From Vampirovibrionaceae bacterium NZW_1234 (GTDB taxonomy: Bacteria; Cyanobacteriota; Vampirovibrionia; Vampirovibrionales; JAGQHJ01), in the NCBI GenBank assembly GCA_041697335.1, contig JBGUGD010000001.1, forward strand, positions 96,001 through 160,000: DNA of 64,000 bases, in the 5' to 3' direction. Of this stretch, positions 10,714 to 20,712 are shown one piece after another. The number at the start of each line of letters is the position of its first letter. Position 1 is the first letter of the stretch. The notes beneath the pieces are model-generated. The model was not told the origin of the DNA and did no database searches. It saw only the letters and a list, made by a program, of their open reading frames with translations. Position numbers and translations under genes: made by a program.

Positions 10714-11115
10714 ATGGATTACCCGCAAAAAGGAACCCGTGGTACGGGACGTCGTAAAACCGCTGTTGCTCGGGTACGTTTGGTCAAAGGCACCGGCAAG
10801 CTTCTGGTGAACAACCAAACCGGTGAAGATTATTTTGGCCAACGGGCTGCGTTGGTTACCCAAGCGGTTCAGCCCCTGGTGGTTGCCGGTGTTCGCGAGA
10901 AATACGATATTCTGGTCAAAGCCCATGGCGGCGGCAAAAGCGGTCAGTCTGGTGCTATCCGTCTCGGTGTGGCCCGTGCGCTGATCGAAGTGATGCCGGA
11001 TCTGAACAAGTCCATCCGTGATGAAGGCTTCCTGACCCGTGACCCTCGCGTGAAAGAACGGAAAAAGTACGGTTTGCACAAAGCCCGCAAACGTCCTCAG
11101 TACTCCAAACGTTAA
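10714..11115 (+). CDS. rpsI: 30S ribosomal protein S9
   Basis: GTGRRKTAVARV...KARKRPQYSKR. Confidence 0.98.
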   Translation: MDYPQKGTRGTGRRKTAVARVRLVKGTGKLLVNNQTGEDYFGQRAALVTQAVQPLVVAGVREKYDILVKAHGGGKSGQSGAIRLGVARALIEVMPDLNKSIRDEGFLTRDPRVKERKKYGLHKARKRPQYSKR

Positions 11116-11160
11116 TTTCTGCTGGGATTCAAAGACAACACACTGTATTATCCGATTCAC

Positions 11161-11205
11161 AACCATCCTCTCACTCGAAGACCTCGGTGGGAGGATGGTT
11201 GCTTT
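11161..11205 (+). terminator. Hairpin closing the ribosomal operon
   Basis: AACCATCCTC...GAGGATGGTT inverted repeat; weak U-tail. Confidence 0.5.
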
Positions 11206-11316
11206 AAGGATTGGAGCGGGTGAGAAGAAAGAGCGACCACTAGGCAAATGACATAAAAACGCTCGGATCTTTAGAGGCTCCGAGCGTTGGGTTTTTCAAA
11301 TGATAGGGGCGTGTCG

Positions 11317-11874
11317 TTAAACAATTCTGTCGAATTGCGGTTCAAGGTTGCGAGAGACCACCCCAAATTGTCCGACAAGCGGCTTTCCTTTAAGGGCGGC
11401 CAATTCCTTGATCTGGGTGGTATCAATCCGGAAGGCATCATCGGATGCCAACGCCGTATCCGGATCCAACGCGCCTTTTAAGAGCTCGACCCCCGGTAAT
11501 TGGAGCAAGGCTTTCAGGAGGGTTCGTTTCTCCGGTTCCGTATGGGAGGCGGTGAGCAGTAAGACTTTGGGGTCGCTGGAAGGCGGATCTGTTTTTCGGC
11601 GACCATACCCCACAAACAAGGTCGGATGGTCTAACATCTGCTTCAGGAGGGTGGATTGTTTGGTGAAAAATGTTTCTAGAAACGTTTTCACAATGCTCCC
11701 TTCGGCTTTTTCAGCTGATGTGACTGCTGGAGCCTGTTCGGTCCGGTGCTCGTTCAGGAGTTCTGCCTTAAGTCGAGCCAGGGCCTCTTGGGTGTTCGAT
11801 GAATCACTAGAGAACTTCAGAGGCTGTTTCGCTGCCCTGGTTGGCAGATACGGTTTAATTGCCAAAATTTTCAT
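11317..11874 (-). CDS. Hypothetical protein
   Basis: GGAG upstream of ATG 11874; disordered N-terminus ending QPLKFSS; hairpin downstream at about 11259-11288. Confidence 0.65.
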   Translation of the reverse strand: MKILAIKPYLPTRAAKQPLKFSSDSSNTQEALARLKAELLNEHRTEQAPAVTSAEKAEGSIVKTFLETFFTKQSTLLKQMLDHPTLFVGYGRRKTDPPSSDPKVLLLTASHTEPEKRTLLKALLQLPGVELLKGALDPDTALASDDAFRIDTTQIKELAALKGKPLVGQFGVVSRNLEPQFDRIV

Positions 11875-12145
11875 TGCTTTTAGAGACTCCCTTTCAACCA
11901 CCACGGGTGTTTTCACCTCAAATGATATTTGGAAAGCAGCTGGTAAGCAATTAAAAATTGGCATTGGGCTTAAGATGTCCATACGTGAAGAATATGGGGG
12001 CAGAACGGTTTCTGACTAGGTCGCTTCCAAAATTACGAAATGTAACAAATGGATCGGCTTTAGGCATTTTTAAACCTTCTTAATTTTTTATTTACACATA
12101 GAGAAGAGATTACCTTGTTTTGCGAAGAAGGAGAGAGAAGACGTT

Positions 12146-13045
12146 ATGTATTCGATGAATCCTTACGGTGGTGGTATCAGTCCCAACGTCGGAGGCTATG
12201 GCTTTCCGCAGTCACCGCGTAGCAGCTCGTCCTCCTCAAGCTATAACAATTACAGTCCTTCAGCAGTTTCGAATTATTCGAATTACAGCCCGTCTGCCTC
12301 ATCGGCATACTCGAATTTTTCAAATTACAGCCCCACGGCGGTGAGTTCCAATTTCTCGCCGAACTACTCGCCGACGCTGAACCAGTATTTGCATAACGAA
12401 AACAAACCGATTTATTACAGCAATTCGACCAACTATTATGGTCAGGAGGGTACCCCGGTGTATAATCCCCCAATGTCGTATTCGCCGCCTGGCGGAAGCT
12501 ATTATCAGGGCGGCACCTATAGCCCCAGCAGCAGTTATTATCAAGGTGGTAATTATCATGGTGGCAACTGGGCCTATGATAACAGCAATTACCACACCTC
12601 GGCTCAGCACAATAACTACAAGAGCGATTTCACCTTTGCCCCGCAAGTCACTCAAATCGGTGACCCCTGGGCTGCCCGTTTCCTGGGCCGTCCCAACGTA
12701 TTTGGATTCAAATCCGTGGGTGACATTGCGTCCAACAATACCCGTCTCGGTGTTGGCGTCAACTCGGTGGGCGACATTAATTCCCGGAACATCTTCAATA
12801 TCAATTCCGGCAACAATTTCATTAATGTCAGCAACCTGACCCAACCCCAGCCTACCCCATTTTACTGTCCACCCGGCTACTATACGCCGTTCTATCTGGA
12901 CCCCACCCAGTATGCAGATTGTCCCCCCGAGTTGTTGCAATACCTAGGCCAATCCTTTGATAGTTACCGAGGAGCTTTCGGCGGCAGCCAAAATACCTCG
13001 ACCAACAACTATAACCGGGTGTTACGCGATTTTACCGATGCCTAA
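12146..13045 (+). CDS. Ser/Tyr/Asn/Gly-rich low-complexity protein with YSP repeats
   Basis: AAGGAG RBS, 299 aa, terminator directly downstream. Confidence 0.85.
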   Translation: MYSMNPYGGGISPNVGGYGFPQSPRSSSSSSSYNNYSPSAVSNYSNYSPSASSAYSNFSNYSPTAVSSNFSPNYSPTLNQYLHNENKPIYYSNSTNYYGQEGTPVYNPPMSYSPPGGSYYQGGTYSPSSSYYQGGNYHGGNWAYDNSNYHTSAQHNNYKSDFTFAPQVTQIGDPWAARFLGRPNVFGFKSVGDIASNNTRLGVGVNSVGDINSRNIFNINSGNNFINVSNLTQPQPTPFYCPPGYYTPFYLDPTQYADCPPELLQYLGQSFDSYRGAFGGSQNTSTNNYNRVLRDFTDA

Positions 13046-13088
13046 AACCCGGCATCACCGGTGAACAAGTTACCTTCCTAATTAATCT

Positions 13089-13122
13089 GGCTCTGCTTAG
13101 CGGCAGGGCCCTTTTTATTTTT
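13089..13122 (+). terminator. Intrinsic terminator
   Basis: GGCTCTGCT-TAGC-GGCAGGGCC stem (with G-U pairs) followed by a T-run. Confidence 0.7.
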
Positions 13123-14194
13123 ACGCCGGCAGATGCAGGCCCAGGTGTTGGGCGATGAGTGGAGCATCGGCGGGGAGGGTGTCTTTTTGGGCGTTGCCGA
13201 ATTGAATGGCGTTGTCCGGGTCTTTCAGGCCATTGCCGGTCAGCACGCACGTCACCGTCGAACCGGGTTCAACGTAGCCGTTGGCGCAGGCTTGAAACAG
13301 CCCGGCCACGCTGGCGGCGCTCGCAGGCTCACAGAAAATGCCTTCTTTGGAAGCCAGGAACTGATAGGCGTAAACGATTTCGTCATCGGTCACATCATCA
13401 ATCCGCCCGCCGGATTCGTCCCGGGCGTTGACGGCCCCTTGCCAGCTGGTGGGATTGCCAATGCGAATGGCCGTGGCCAACGTTTCGGGGTTATCGATTT
13501 TTTCACCCCGCACAATGGCCGCCGACCCGGTGGCTTCGTAGCCGAACATTTTGGGCAGGCTATCGATTTTGCCCGCATCCTTATAGGCCTTATACCCGGC
13601 CCAATAGGCGGTAATGTTCCCGGCATTGCCTACGGGAATAAAATGATAGTCGGGGGCTCGGCCCTCGAGCTGGTCACAGATCTCAAAAGCCCCTGTGCGC
13701 TGCCCGAGGAGGCGATAAGGATTGATGGAGTTGACGATGGCCACATTGGTGGCCTGCCCGAGGATTTTGACCACATCCAGGGCCTGGTCGAAATTGCCGG
13801 CAATTTCCACAATGCGGGCCCCGTACAAAATGGCTTGCGACAGTTTGCCCATGGCAACCTTGCCCTGAGGTAGCACAATCAGGGTCTCAAGCCCGGCCCG
13901 AGTGCCGTAGGCGGCCGCAGAGGCACTGGTGTTACCGGTGCTGGCGCAGATAATATGGGTATAACCCTCAGCCTTGGCTCTGGAGACGGCATAGGTCATC
14001 CCTCGGTCCTTGAAGCTCCCGGTGGGGTTCAGGCCTTCGAATTTGAGATAGACTTTTAAACCGGGGACTCCGGCCTGTTTCGCCACGGCTGGGGCGGGAA
14101 TCAGCGGGGTATTGCCTTCGTTTAAGGAGACAATGGGAAACGTGTCGTCAAAGTCAAAAAAGGACCGATAGCGGCTTAAAATGCCCTGGCTCAT
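13121..14194 (-). CDS. thrC: Threonine synthase
   Basis: NPTGSFKDRG PLP-lysine motif, ASTGNTS, LTGNGLKD; overlaps the hom stop. Confidence 0.95.
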   Translation of the reverse strand: MSQGILSRYRSFFDFDDTFPIVSLNEGNTPLIPAPAVAKQAGVPGLKVYLKFEGLNPTGSFKDRGMTYAVSRAKAEGYTHIICASTGNTSASAAAYGTRAGLETLIVLPQGKVAMGKLSQAILYGARIVEIAGNFDQALDVVKILGQATNVAIVNSINPYRLLGQRTGAFEICDQLEGRAPDYHFIPVGNAGNITAYWAGYKAYKDAGKIDSLPKMFGYEATGSAAIVRGEKIDNPETLATAIRIGNPTSWQGAVNARDESGGRIDDVTDDEIVYAYQFLASKEGIFCEPASAASVAGLFQACANGYVEPGSTVTCVLTGNGLKDPDNAIQFGNAQKDTLPADAPLIAQHLGLHLPA

Positions 14195-15546
14195 GGATGG
14201 AAAACCCTCAAAACAGTTGCAATGGTTTGTGTGGTGGATTGGTTCCGGATTTGCTCAAGTGCGGCCTGCATGGCGCTTTCCTGCACATCATGGGTAATCA
14301 GTACAATTGTCGCCGAGCCGGTCTTGGGGTCGGTGCCTTTTTGCATAATGGCATCCAGGCTGACGTTATGGTCGCCGCAGGCTTTGCCCAGATTGCCGAT
14401 GACCCCGGATTCATCTTCGGCTTCCAGGCGGATGTAGTAAGCGTTTCGGGTTTCGGAGACGGGAATGAGCTTGCTTTGGGCTTCCAAGGAAAGGTTCATA
14501 CCCGCCACGGAGTGTTGGCCGGTTCTCAATGCATTGGCAATCAAGAGGACATCACCCGAAACGGCACTGGCGGTAGGTAATTCTCCAGCGCCTTTGCCGT
14601 AAAACATTACATCACCCACCGCATCGCCTTGAACAAAGATGGCGTTGTTTTCAAACAGAACCTTGGCCAGGGGGTGCTCCGAGGGAATCAACATCGGGTG
14701 AACCCGAATGTCGATGGCTTCGCCATTTTCGGAACGGGCCATGGCAATCAGACGAATGGTATAGCCCAAGGTCCGGGCCATCTCGATGTCTACCGGCCCA
14801 ATGGTCGAAATGCCTTCGGCATGAATGCCGCTTTGTGCGACCTGGCGCTGGTAGGCAATGGAGGCCAGGATGCCGATTTTACAGGCCGCATCGTGGCCTT
14901 CCACATCGGCGGTGGGGTCGGCTTCGGCAAAGCCTAAATCCTGGGCTTCCTTGAGGGCCGCCTGAAAATCCAGCCCGGCCTGTTCCATGCGGGTCAGAAT
15001 ATAATTGGTGGTGCCGTTTAAAATGCCGGCAATCTGGCGGATCTGGTTCCCGGCCAGGGAGGTTTTTAAAGGCGAAATAATGGGAATCCCACCGGCAACC
15101 GCCGCTTCAAAGAACAGATTGACGCCGTTTTGGGCGGCCAATGCGAACAGCTCCGGCCCATAGTTGGCAATAACCACCTTGTTGGCCGTGACCACATGTT
15201 TTTTATTTTCCAGGGCCTGGCGAATCACTTGGTAAGGATGCTCTTTGCCCCCCATGACTTCTACAACGATATCAATGTCCGGATTGTTGATCACATCGGC
15301 CACATCATCGGAAATAATTTCGGTCGGCACGGTTTCCAGCGAGCGTTTTTTATCCAGGTTCTTGACCACAATGCGGGAAACGTGGGTGAAGGGGCAACGG
15401 GTCAGCAATTTGTAGACGCCGGTGCCCACAGTGCCAAGACCCAGCAATCCAACATTGATGACGGGCTTGCCCGCATTGTGGGCGGCATCGGGTTTATGGG
15501 CATCTTGTGTCAACATGGGGGACAGTCCTTCTGGTTGGTTACTCAA
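14191..15546 (-). CDS. hom: Homoserine dehydrogenase with C-terminal ACT domain
   Basis: GLGTVG, VVTANK, EAAVAGGIP, NGTTNYIL and AEADPTADVEG motifs. Confidence 0.95.
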   Translation of the reverse strand: MSNQPEGLSPMLTQDAHKPDAAHNAGKPVINVGLLGLGTVGTGVYKLLTRCPFTHVSRIVVKNLDKKRSLETVPTEIISDDVADVINNPDIDIVVEVMGGKEHPYQVIRQALENKKHVVTANKVVIANYGPELFALAAQNGVNLFFEAAVAGGIPIISPLKTSLAGNQIRQIAGILNGTTNYILTRMEQAGLDFQAALKEAQDLGFAEADPTADVEGHDAACKIGILASIAYQRQVAQSGIHAEGISTIGPVDIEMARTLGYTIRLIAMARSENGEAIDIRVHPMLIPSEHPLAKVLFENNAIFVQGDAVGDVMFYGKGAGELPTASAVSGDVLLIANALRTGQHSVAGMNLSLEAQSKLIPVSETRNAYYIRLEAEDESGVIGNLGKACGDHNVSLDAIMQKGTDPKTGSATIVLITHDVQESAMQAALEQIRNQSTTQTIATVLRVFHP

Positions 15547-15564
15547 CGGGTTTGACGTTTGCTA

Positions 15565-16281
15565 TCACCAGGTCGGGCCCAGCGAAAAGGGCACATGGGC
15601 CGTTGCCAGAGCGGTGACGCTGATATCGGGGGAAACTTTCTGGAAGGCTTTGACGGCCTCGCTGAGGGTGGCGCCGGTGGTCATCAAATCATCCATGATC
15701 AGAATCCGGGACTTGGGCTGGAGTCGTTGGGCCAAGGCTGGATGCACTTCTAAGGCGCCCTGGATATTCTGGCGGCGTTTGCGGCGGTGATAGATGGTGT
15801 GTTGGGCCTGAATAGGATGACGCCATTGAAGGCCGTTTTCCAGAAAGTCATAGCCGAAATGGCTGGCCAATGGGCGTGCCAACAGGGGCAATTGAGCGAG
15901 GGCGGAGTCTGCATGCGGCGGAATCATGACCACCGTCCACCCGGATTGCTGGGCCTGCGGGAGTTGCTGCCAATAATGCAACAAGATCTGGGACAAGGGA
16001 AACCCCAGCTCGGCTTGGTTGTTGAATTTTAATTGATATAAGAGCCGCTTGAGCCGGAAGGGAAACTCGCAGGCGGTATAAATAGGGGCCTTGGAGACCG
16101 TCATAATGGGGACGGCGTGACGCACCATCAGCTGTTGTTCACAGGTGGGGCAGATGAACCCCGGCATTTTGGGAGGCATACTGTCACGGCAAACAGGGCA
16201 AAGCGCATCCGTCAGGGCCAGTCTCAGTCTATCCAATAAGAAGCCAAAAGGTTTGACAGCCATCCATCCAATACCACTCAA
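15565..16281 (-). CDS. ComF family protein (Zn ribbon plus phosphoribosyltransferase domain)
   Basis: CPVC...CPTC and ILIMDDLMTTGATL; the usual RGFNQ segment is degenerate; start uncertain. Confidence 0.8.
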   Translation of the reverse strand: MSGIGWMAVKPFGFLLDRLRLALTDALCPVCRDSMPPKMPGFICPTCEQQLMVRHAVPIMTVSKAPIYTACEFPFRLKRLLYQLKFNNQAELGFPLSQILLHYWQQLPQAQQSGWTVVMIPPHADSALAQLPLLARPLASHFGYDFLENGLQWRHPIQAQHTIYHRRKRRQNIQGALEVHPALAQRLQPKSRILIMDDLMTTGATLSEAVKAFQKVSPDISVTALATAHVPFSLGPTW

Positions 16282-16506
16282 AAAAACCGGATGCCATAGT
16301 CATAACACTCATTTTGAGCAGAATCAACCTTGTGTTAACTCCTGGCCAGTCCGATGCTTTGGCCGATTCTTGGCCCTCGGCAACCGGGGAATCCCGGGGG
16401 CGGGACTCCGGTTTTTGATCCCGGTTGCATTTTTTACAAATCCGCATACGCTTTCTCTAACAGGATTGTCGAGAGAGAATGAGTAGCCTGGTGGAGCATG
16501 TGTGTT

Positions 16507-16941
16507 ATGCGAGAAAGCGGATTCATGGATCTGTTGAAAGCCCTGGTGACGTGCAGTCATGCCCGGGCCAATGCGGTTGAAGGCAAAACGTTTTGCCCGG
16601 ACTGTGGGCAGGGGGTGGTGTTTCGGTGGGTTGTTCTTAAATGTGTCGGCTGCGGGCAACGACGATCGGCTTGCTATCGGTTTCGTCAGGTAGCCCCTGT
16701 CGATCTGTGTTGCCGCTTTTGCGGTGATCCGTCCTGGGAGGCTCGGGTGTTGGTGGATCCGGAATATTATCAGCTTCGCTATGCCCTGCTCCAATATGAG
16801 CCGGATCCGGAGGAAGCCGCTGGACGACCCGACTGGGGGTATGGGGTGCTTGTGTCCTTGATAGCGCGTTTGTGGGCATGGCTGGATCCCTCGCCAACAC
16901 AATCCCCACCCCTGTTGTGTCCTTCCTCACCTCTGTCCTGA
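16507..16941 (+). CDS. Cys-rich putative zinc-ribbon protein
   Basis: CSH, CPDC, CVGC and CRFC pairs; start could be 16498, 16507 or 16525. Confidence 0.6.
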   Translation: MRESGFMDLLKALVTCSHARANAVEGKTFCPDCGQGVVFRWVVLKCVGCGQRRSACYRFRQVAPVDLCCRFCGDPSWEARVLVDPEYYQLRYALLQYEPDPEEAAGRPDWGYGVLVSLIARLWAWLDPSPTQSPPLLCPSSPLS

Positions 16942-17168
16942 GGTGGCGGATGGGGGCAGCATCATAAATGGATGTTGTTTGTAGCGAAAACATCGGTTTT
17001 GCTTGAATTCAGGCCATGCCTTCGGCAGTGAATGGGATGAGGAATGTGTCAAAGCGTAAAATTTTTTAAAAGCCTGACTGAGCTGCTTTGAATCCCTTGA
17101 CAAGCGTCGTGATGCGATGAGCGATGGCTCTTGATCACAGGCCATGGTGAATGCAGCGACCAACTGTC

Positions 17169-17189
17169 AATACTACATCGAGTAGTATT
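17169..17189. promoter_or_regulatory. Putative BlaI-type operator AATACTAC-N5-GTAGTATT
   Basis: Perfect 8-bp-arm palindrome about 155 nt upstream of the BlaI-family gene; resembles TACTAC-N5-GTAGTA BlaI-family boxes. Confidence 0.65.
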
Positions 17190-17342
17190 TGTGGAGGTAG
17201 GCTAGATTGAGAAATAGACGTTGATTTTTTAAAAGTGCTTTCCATATACTGGTAGGAACAAAATTTGAGAGTTATTCAGAGATCAATTGAGAGATAGGTA
17301 GTTTATCTATTTCAATTTGGAAGCGGAGGTTTTCTCACGGAT

Positions 17343-17807
17343 ATGAAAATGAACTTGAAGCAAGGCGACCTCGAAAATATTATTCTTAATGCTCTGTGGG
17401 ATCTGGAAACGGATGGGCGCACCAAGATTTTCGTGGGAGACATTCAAGAGAAGATTAAACAGGACCGGGCCGATTCCAGAGAATGGGCCTACACCACGGT
17501 TAAAACCGTCCTGGATCGCCTCGTGGATAAAGAAATCGCCTTCCGTGAAAAAGACGGTAAAAAATATCTCTATCGCTCGGTTCTCAAACGCGATGAAGCC
17601 GGCACCCTGGCATTAACCAAGCTGATTCGCCAGTATTTCCGCAACGATGTGAGCAACCTTGAAGCCTGCCTCGATCGCATTCGCCACACCTTTGAACCGG
17701 TGAAGCCTTTTGCCTCCAAGCCGGTTGCTCCCTCGCTAGAAGAAGTTCTGGCCCCCATTCCCGCTGCCTCCGTTGAGACCCGAGTTGCTGAGCCGGCGAT
17801 TTCTTAA
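17343..17807 (+). CDS. BlaI/MecI/CopY family transcriptional repressor
   Basis: GDLE..IL..LW, WAYTTVKTVLDRLVDK and GK.YLY motifs. Confidence 0.9.
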   Translation: MKMNLKQGDLENIILNALWDLETDGRTKIFVGDIQEKIKQDRADSREWAYTTVKTVLDRLVDKEIAFREKDGKKYLYRSVLKRDEAGTLALTKLIRQYFRNDVSNLEACLDRIRHTFEPVKPFASKPVAPSLEEVLAPIPAASVETRVAEPAIS

Positions 17808-17812
17808 GGCCG

Positions 17813-18340
17813 CTATTTTTTCAGGTACGAAATTAAATTTTTCACAATCGCTTTGTGTTCTGGTGAATGCAGATTCTGCATGAAGGCTGGATCGTTTTCT
17901 GCCTTGCTCACCAAGCTGCGCTGGGCCTGAGCCGCGTTGACCTGGGCAATAAATTGCTGGAACTGGGCCGGATCTTTGGCAATGGTTTTGGTTAATTCCT
18001 GATACTCTTCCCAGGTGAGGCCCTTGGCGGCCAGAATTTGTTTGATCTGACCTTCCGAGCGCAGGGATGAAGGCGTATAGTATGTTGGCTTTAAGACGGC
18101 CGATAATTCTTCGACGTTGGTGTTGCCATTAAAGCTTTCCAACAAGAGATTAACGGCTTGGTTTTTGCCACCGCCACCGTGATAGGACACGGTTTGTGTG
18201 GTGCTTTGAAACAGGTCCGGATAAATGTCGGCGTAAGCCTTCATTTTTTCCGGAGAAACCCCCATCGCCCAAGATTGGGCGATGATTAACACACTGAACC
18301 CTACCGACATGACACTTTTGCCAATCCAGCCTGTCATCAT
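17813..18340 (-). CDS. Exported hypothetical protein
   Basis: Signal-peptide-like segment ending SWA; AAGGA upstream of ATG 18340. Confidence 0.7.
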   Translation of the reverse strand: MMTGWIGKSVMSVGFSVLIIAQSWAMGVSPEKMKAYADIYPDLFQSTTQTVSYHGGGGKNQAVNLLLESFNGNTNVEELSAVLKPTYYTPSSLRSEGQIKQILAAKGLTWEEYQELTKTIAKDPAQFQQFIAQVNAAQAQRSLVSKAENDPAFMQNLHSPEHKAIVKNLISYLKK

Positions 18341-19387
18341 CCAGCCATTTCCTTCTAGCGTTTGCTCAATGAAGATATAGCCCGTATCGGACGGACGTTT
18401 GCAAAACTTCAGTAATCCTGACTCCCTGATCACAATTTGTAACATGTTTCAAGTCCGTGCGATTGCTCGTCTGGGCGATTTTTCCAGGGCCTGGGAGCCC
18501 TTTGGAGAGACAGTGCTGACTGGGGTCGTGATTATTGAGATGTGGGGGTGGATGTGGACAAGGGAAAAAGGGTTGGCTTGGAGCGGCAACGAAACCCCAT
18601 GTGAGGCAATTTCACCGTGCGGACAATTTGTCCGCACGGTGATTTTCAGACCGGCATGGTTTTCAGAGGGGGTATTGGCGTGTAAGGTATCGAGTTGGGG
18701 CATTCTTGAAACCTTCTTGATAGGATTTTAGTGTTATTATTCCCACTGGGTAATGTTTTTAAACGTGTATTTTGGGTAAATTAGCCTTTATATAAGCTTT
18801 TTTCCTGATTTGTTTGTGAAATTGCTTTTAAAAGTGGTGTCTTCGCCCAGGGTAATCCAACGGATTTGCGTTGCCGATCCATTGGGAATACACCGTTGGG
18901 CGGTTGGAGTGATAATGGCGATAAGCCTCTTGTGGAGGGCGTTTTTAAGATTTACTTAATGCAACATCGGCGTGTTTTTTGTTTTTAATTTATTACAGTC
19001 TTTAGAAGGACAAGTTGTCTGGCTTGCGGACTGTTCCAGTTGCAGTTTTTGGAGGATCGTCCTTTCGTACAAGGTTATGTGTGTGCGCGAAAATAATGCG
19101 TGTGTGCGTCTTACGTGCTTTCCCAAAAAGTCCAGGCCGATTTTTCGAGCTTGTGAGTTTATCCGGTTTTTTCTCTAATCAATAAGGTTATGGACCGAGC
19201 ATCTGGGGTAATAAGGCCGTGTGCCAACATTTTCCTGGATGTGCATGAGATTGAAACAGAAACAGAATAGGTGCTTTCGCCTTCTGCAGGCCGCCATGTC
19301 CATCGGCATCCGCCCTGGGCAGGCTAACCGGCGGTGCGTTGTCAAGTGTGCTTTCTCCCCTGAAGTCACTGCTGAAGCCTACTGATT

Positions 19388-19423
19388 GCTGCTGAACTCT
19401 CATGCATTCGGCAGCTTTTTTTT
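19388..19423 (+). terminator. Intrinsic terminator with no plausible + strand CDS upstream
   Basis: GCTGCTGAA-N10-TTCGGCAGC followed by T8. Confidence 0.7.
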
Positions 19424-19463
19424 GTCCTTTGTGTCATGAGGGTGTGGGGCAGCGTGATAGGTG

Positions 19464-20477
19464 TCAGTCAACGTTGATGACAATCTTTCCGAAATGTCGG
19501 CCACTTTGGAGGTACTCAAAGGCCGAAACAGCCTCTTCAAAGGGGAAGATTCGGTCGATGACGGGATGAATGGGGAGCTGGCTCAAGGCCTTGTTCATGG
19601 CTTCAAAAGAGGCTTTGGAGGCCACATAGATCCCCTGGAGCCGGATACGTTTCATCAGAACCGGTAGCACATTCAATTGGGATGCGGCACCGGAGAGGAT
19701 GCCGATGACATGGATAGCTCCCTGATGGCGAACGGCATTCATCGAGAGGCTTAAGGTGTTGGCCCCACCCACCTCAATGACATGATCGACGCCCTGGCCT
19801 TCGGTCAGATCCAGCACGGCCCGATCCCATTGCGGCGTCGTGACATAGTTGAGGATCTCATCGGCTCCCAGGGTTTTGGCCCGAGCGAGCTTTTCGTCAC
19901 TGCTCGACAGGAGAATTGTACGGGCCCCTATGGCCTTGGCCAATTGCAGTGCAAAGAGGGAGACCCCACCTGTACCTTGAATCAGCACGGTGTCACCGGG
20001 TTTAAGCTGACCTTCATCCACCAGGGCGCTCCAGGCCGTCAGGGCGGCTATGGGCAAGGTGGCCGCCTCCTGAAAATTCAGATGCTCAGGAATCGCCACG
20101 ACACCGGTTTCCGGCAAAATGACATGCTCGGCCAGAAGGCCGTCCAATGGTCCTCCCAAGGTGGCTTTGGCTTTCTCCCGGGTGAGCCCGCCCTCGAACC
20201 AGCGCTGGGCGAATAGCCCCATGACCCGATCGCCCACCTTGACCTGGCTCACGCCAGGGCCTACGGCGTCAATGACACCCGCACCATCCGAGACCGGAAT
20301 CAGGGGGAGAGGTTGTTTCGGGTTGTAGAGACCTTGAACCATCAGCAGATCCCGGTAATTAAGCGAAGTGGCTTTGACCTGGACCCGAACTTCGCCAGGC
20401 CCGGGACTGGGGGTGGGGCGTTCAGTTATGGCCAGTGCGTCCAACCCAAAGGCGTGTTGCAGTTCCCAGACGCGCAT
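19464..20477 (-). CDS. MDR-family NAD(P)-dependent oxidoreductase (alcohol dehydrogenase-like)
   Basis: SLNYRD, PVSDGAG, GTGGVS and HFGKIVI motifs; no Zn-ligand cysteines. Confidence 0.9.
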   Translation of the reverse strand: MRVWELQHAFGLDALAITERPTPSPGPGEVRVQVKATSLNYRDLLMVQGLYNPKQPLPLIPVSDGAGVIDAVGPGVSQVKVGDRVMGLFAQRWFEGGLTREKAKATLGGPLDGLLAEHVILPETGVVAIPEHLNFQEAATLPIAALTAWSALVDEGQLKPGDTVLIQGTGGVSLFALQLAKAIGARTILLSSSDEKLARAKTLGADEILNYVTTPQWDRAVLDLTEGQGVDHVIEVGGANTLSLSMNAVRHQGAIHVIGILSGAASQLNVLPVLMKRIRLQGIYVASKASFEAMNKALSQLPIHPVIDRIFPFEEAVSAFEYLQSGRHFGKIVINVD

Positions 20478-20712
20478 CAGCAGAATTCCTTTTCCGATTC
20501 TTGATAATGCGACTAGCTTATCACTGCTTGCCCGCTTTGTCAGTGGATGGATACTGATACCGGATTCACACCAAACACGGGGCGTGTAGCGATGATGACA
20601 ACCTCGTGTTATTTGTGTTGATAACGGATTCGGCCAGGCTCAAAACATTCGAATTTGGATATTCAAGGACTGGCGTGGACTATTCCATGGGGATTCTTGT
20701 CTTGGGGGATTC

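Noticed and set aside
12138..12148. 10/11 complementarity between sRNA copy 3 (CAUAACGACUU) and the 12146 start region
   Set aside because: The match is short, has a mismatch and lies outside the core shared by all three copies; too weak without a computed null.
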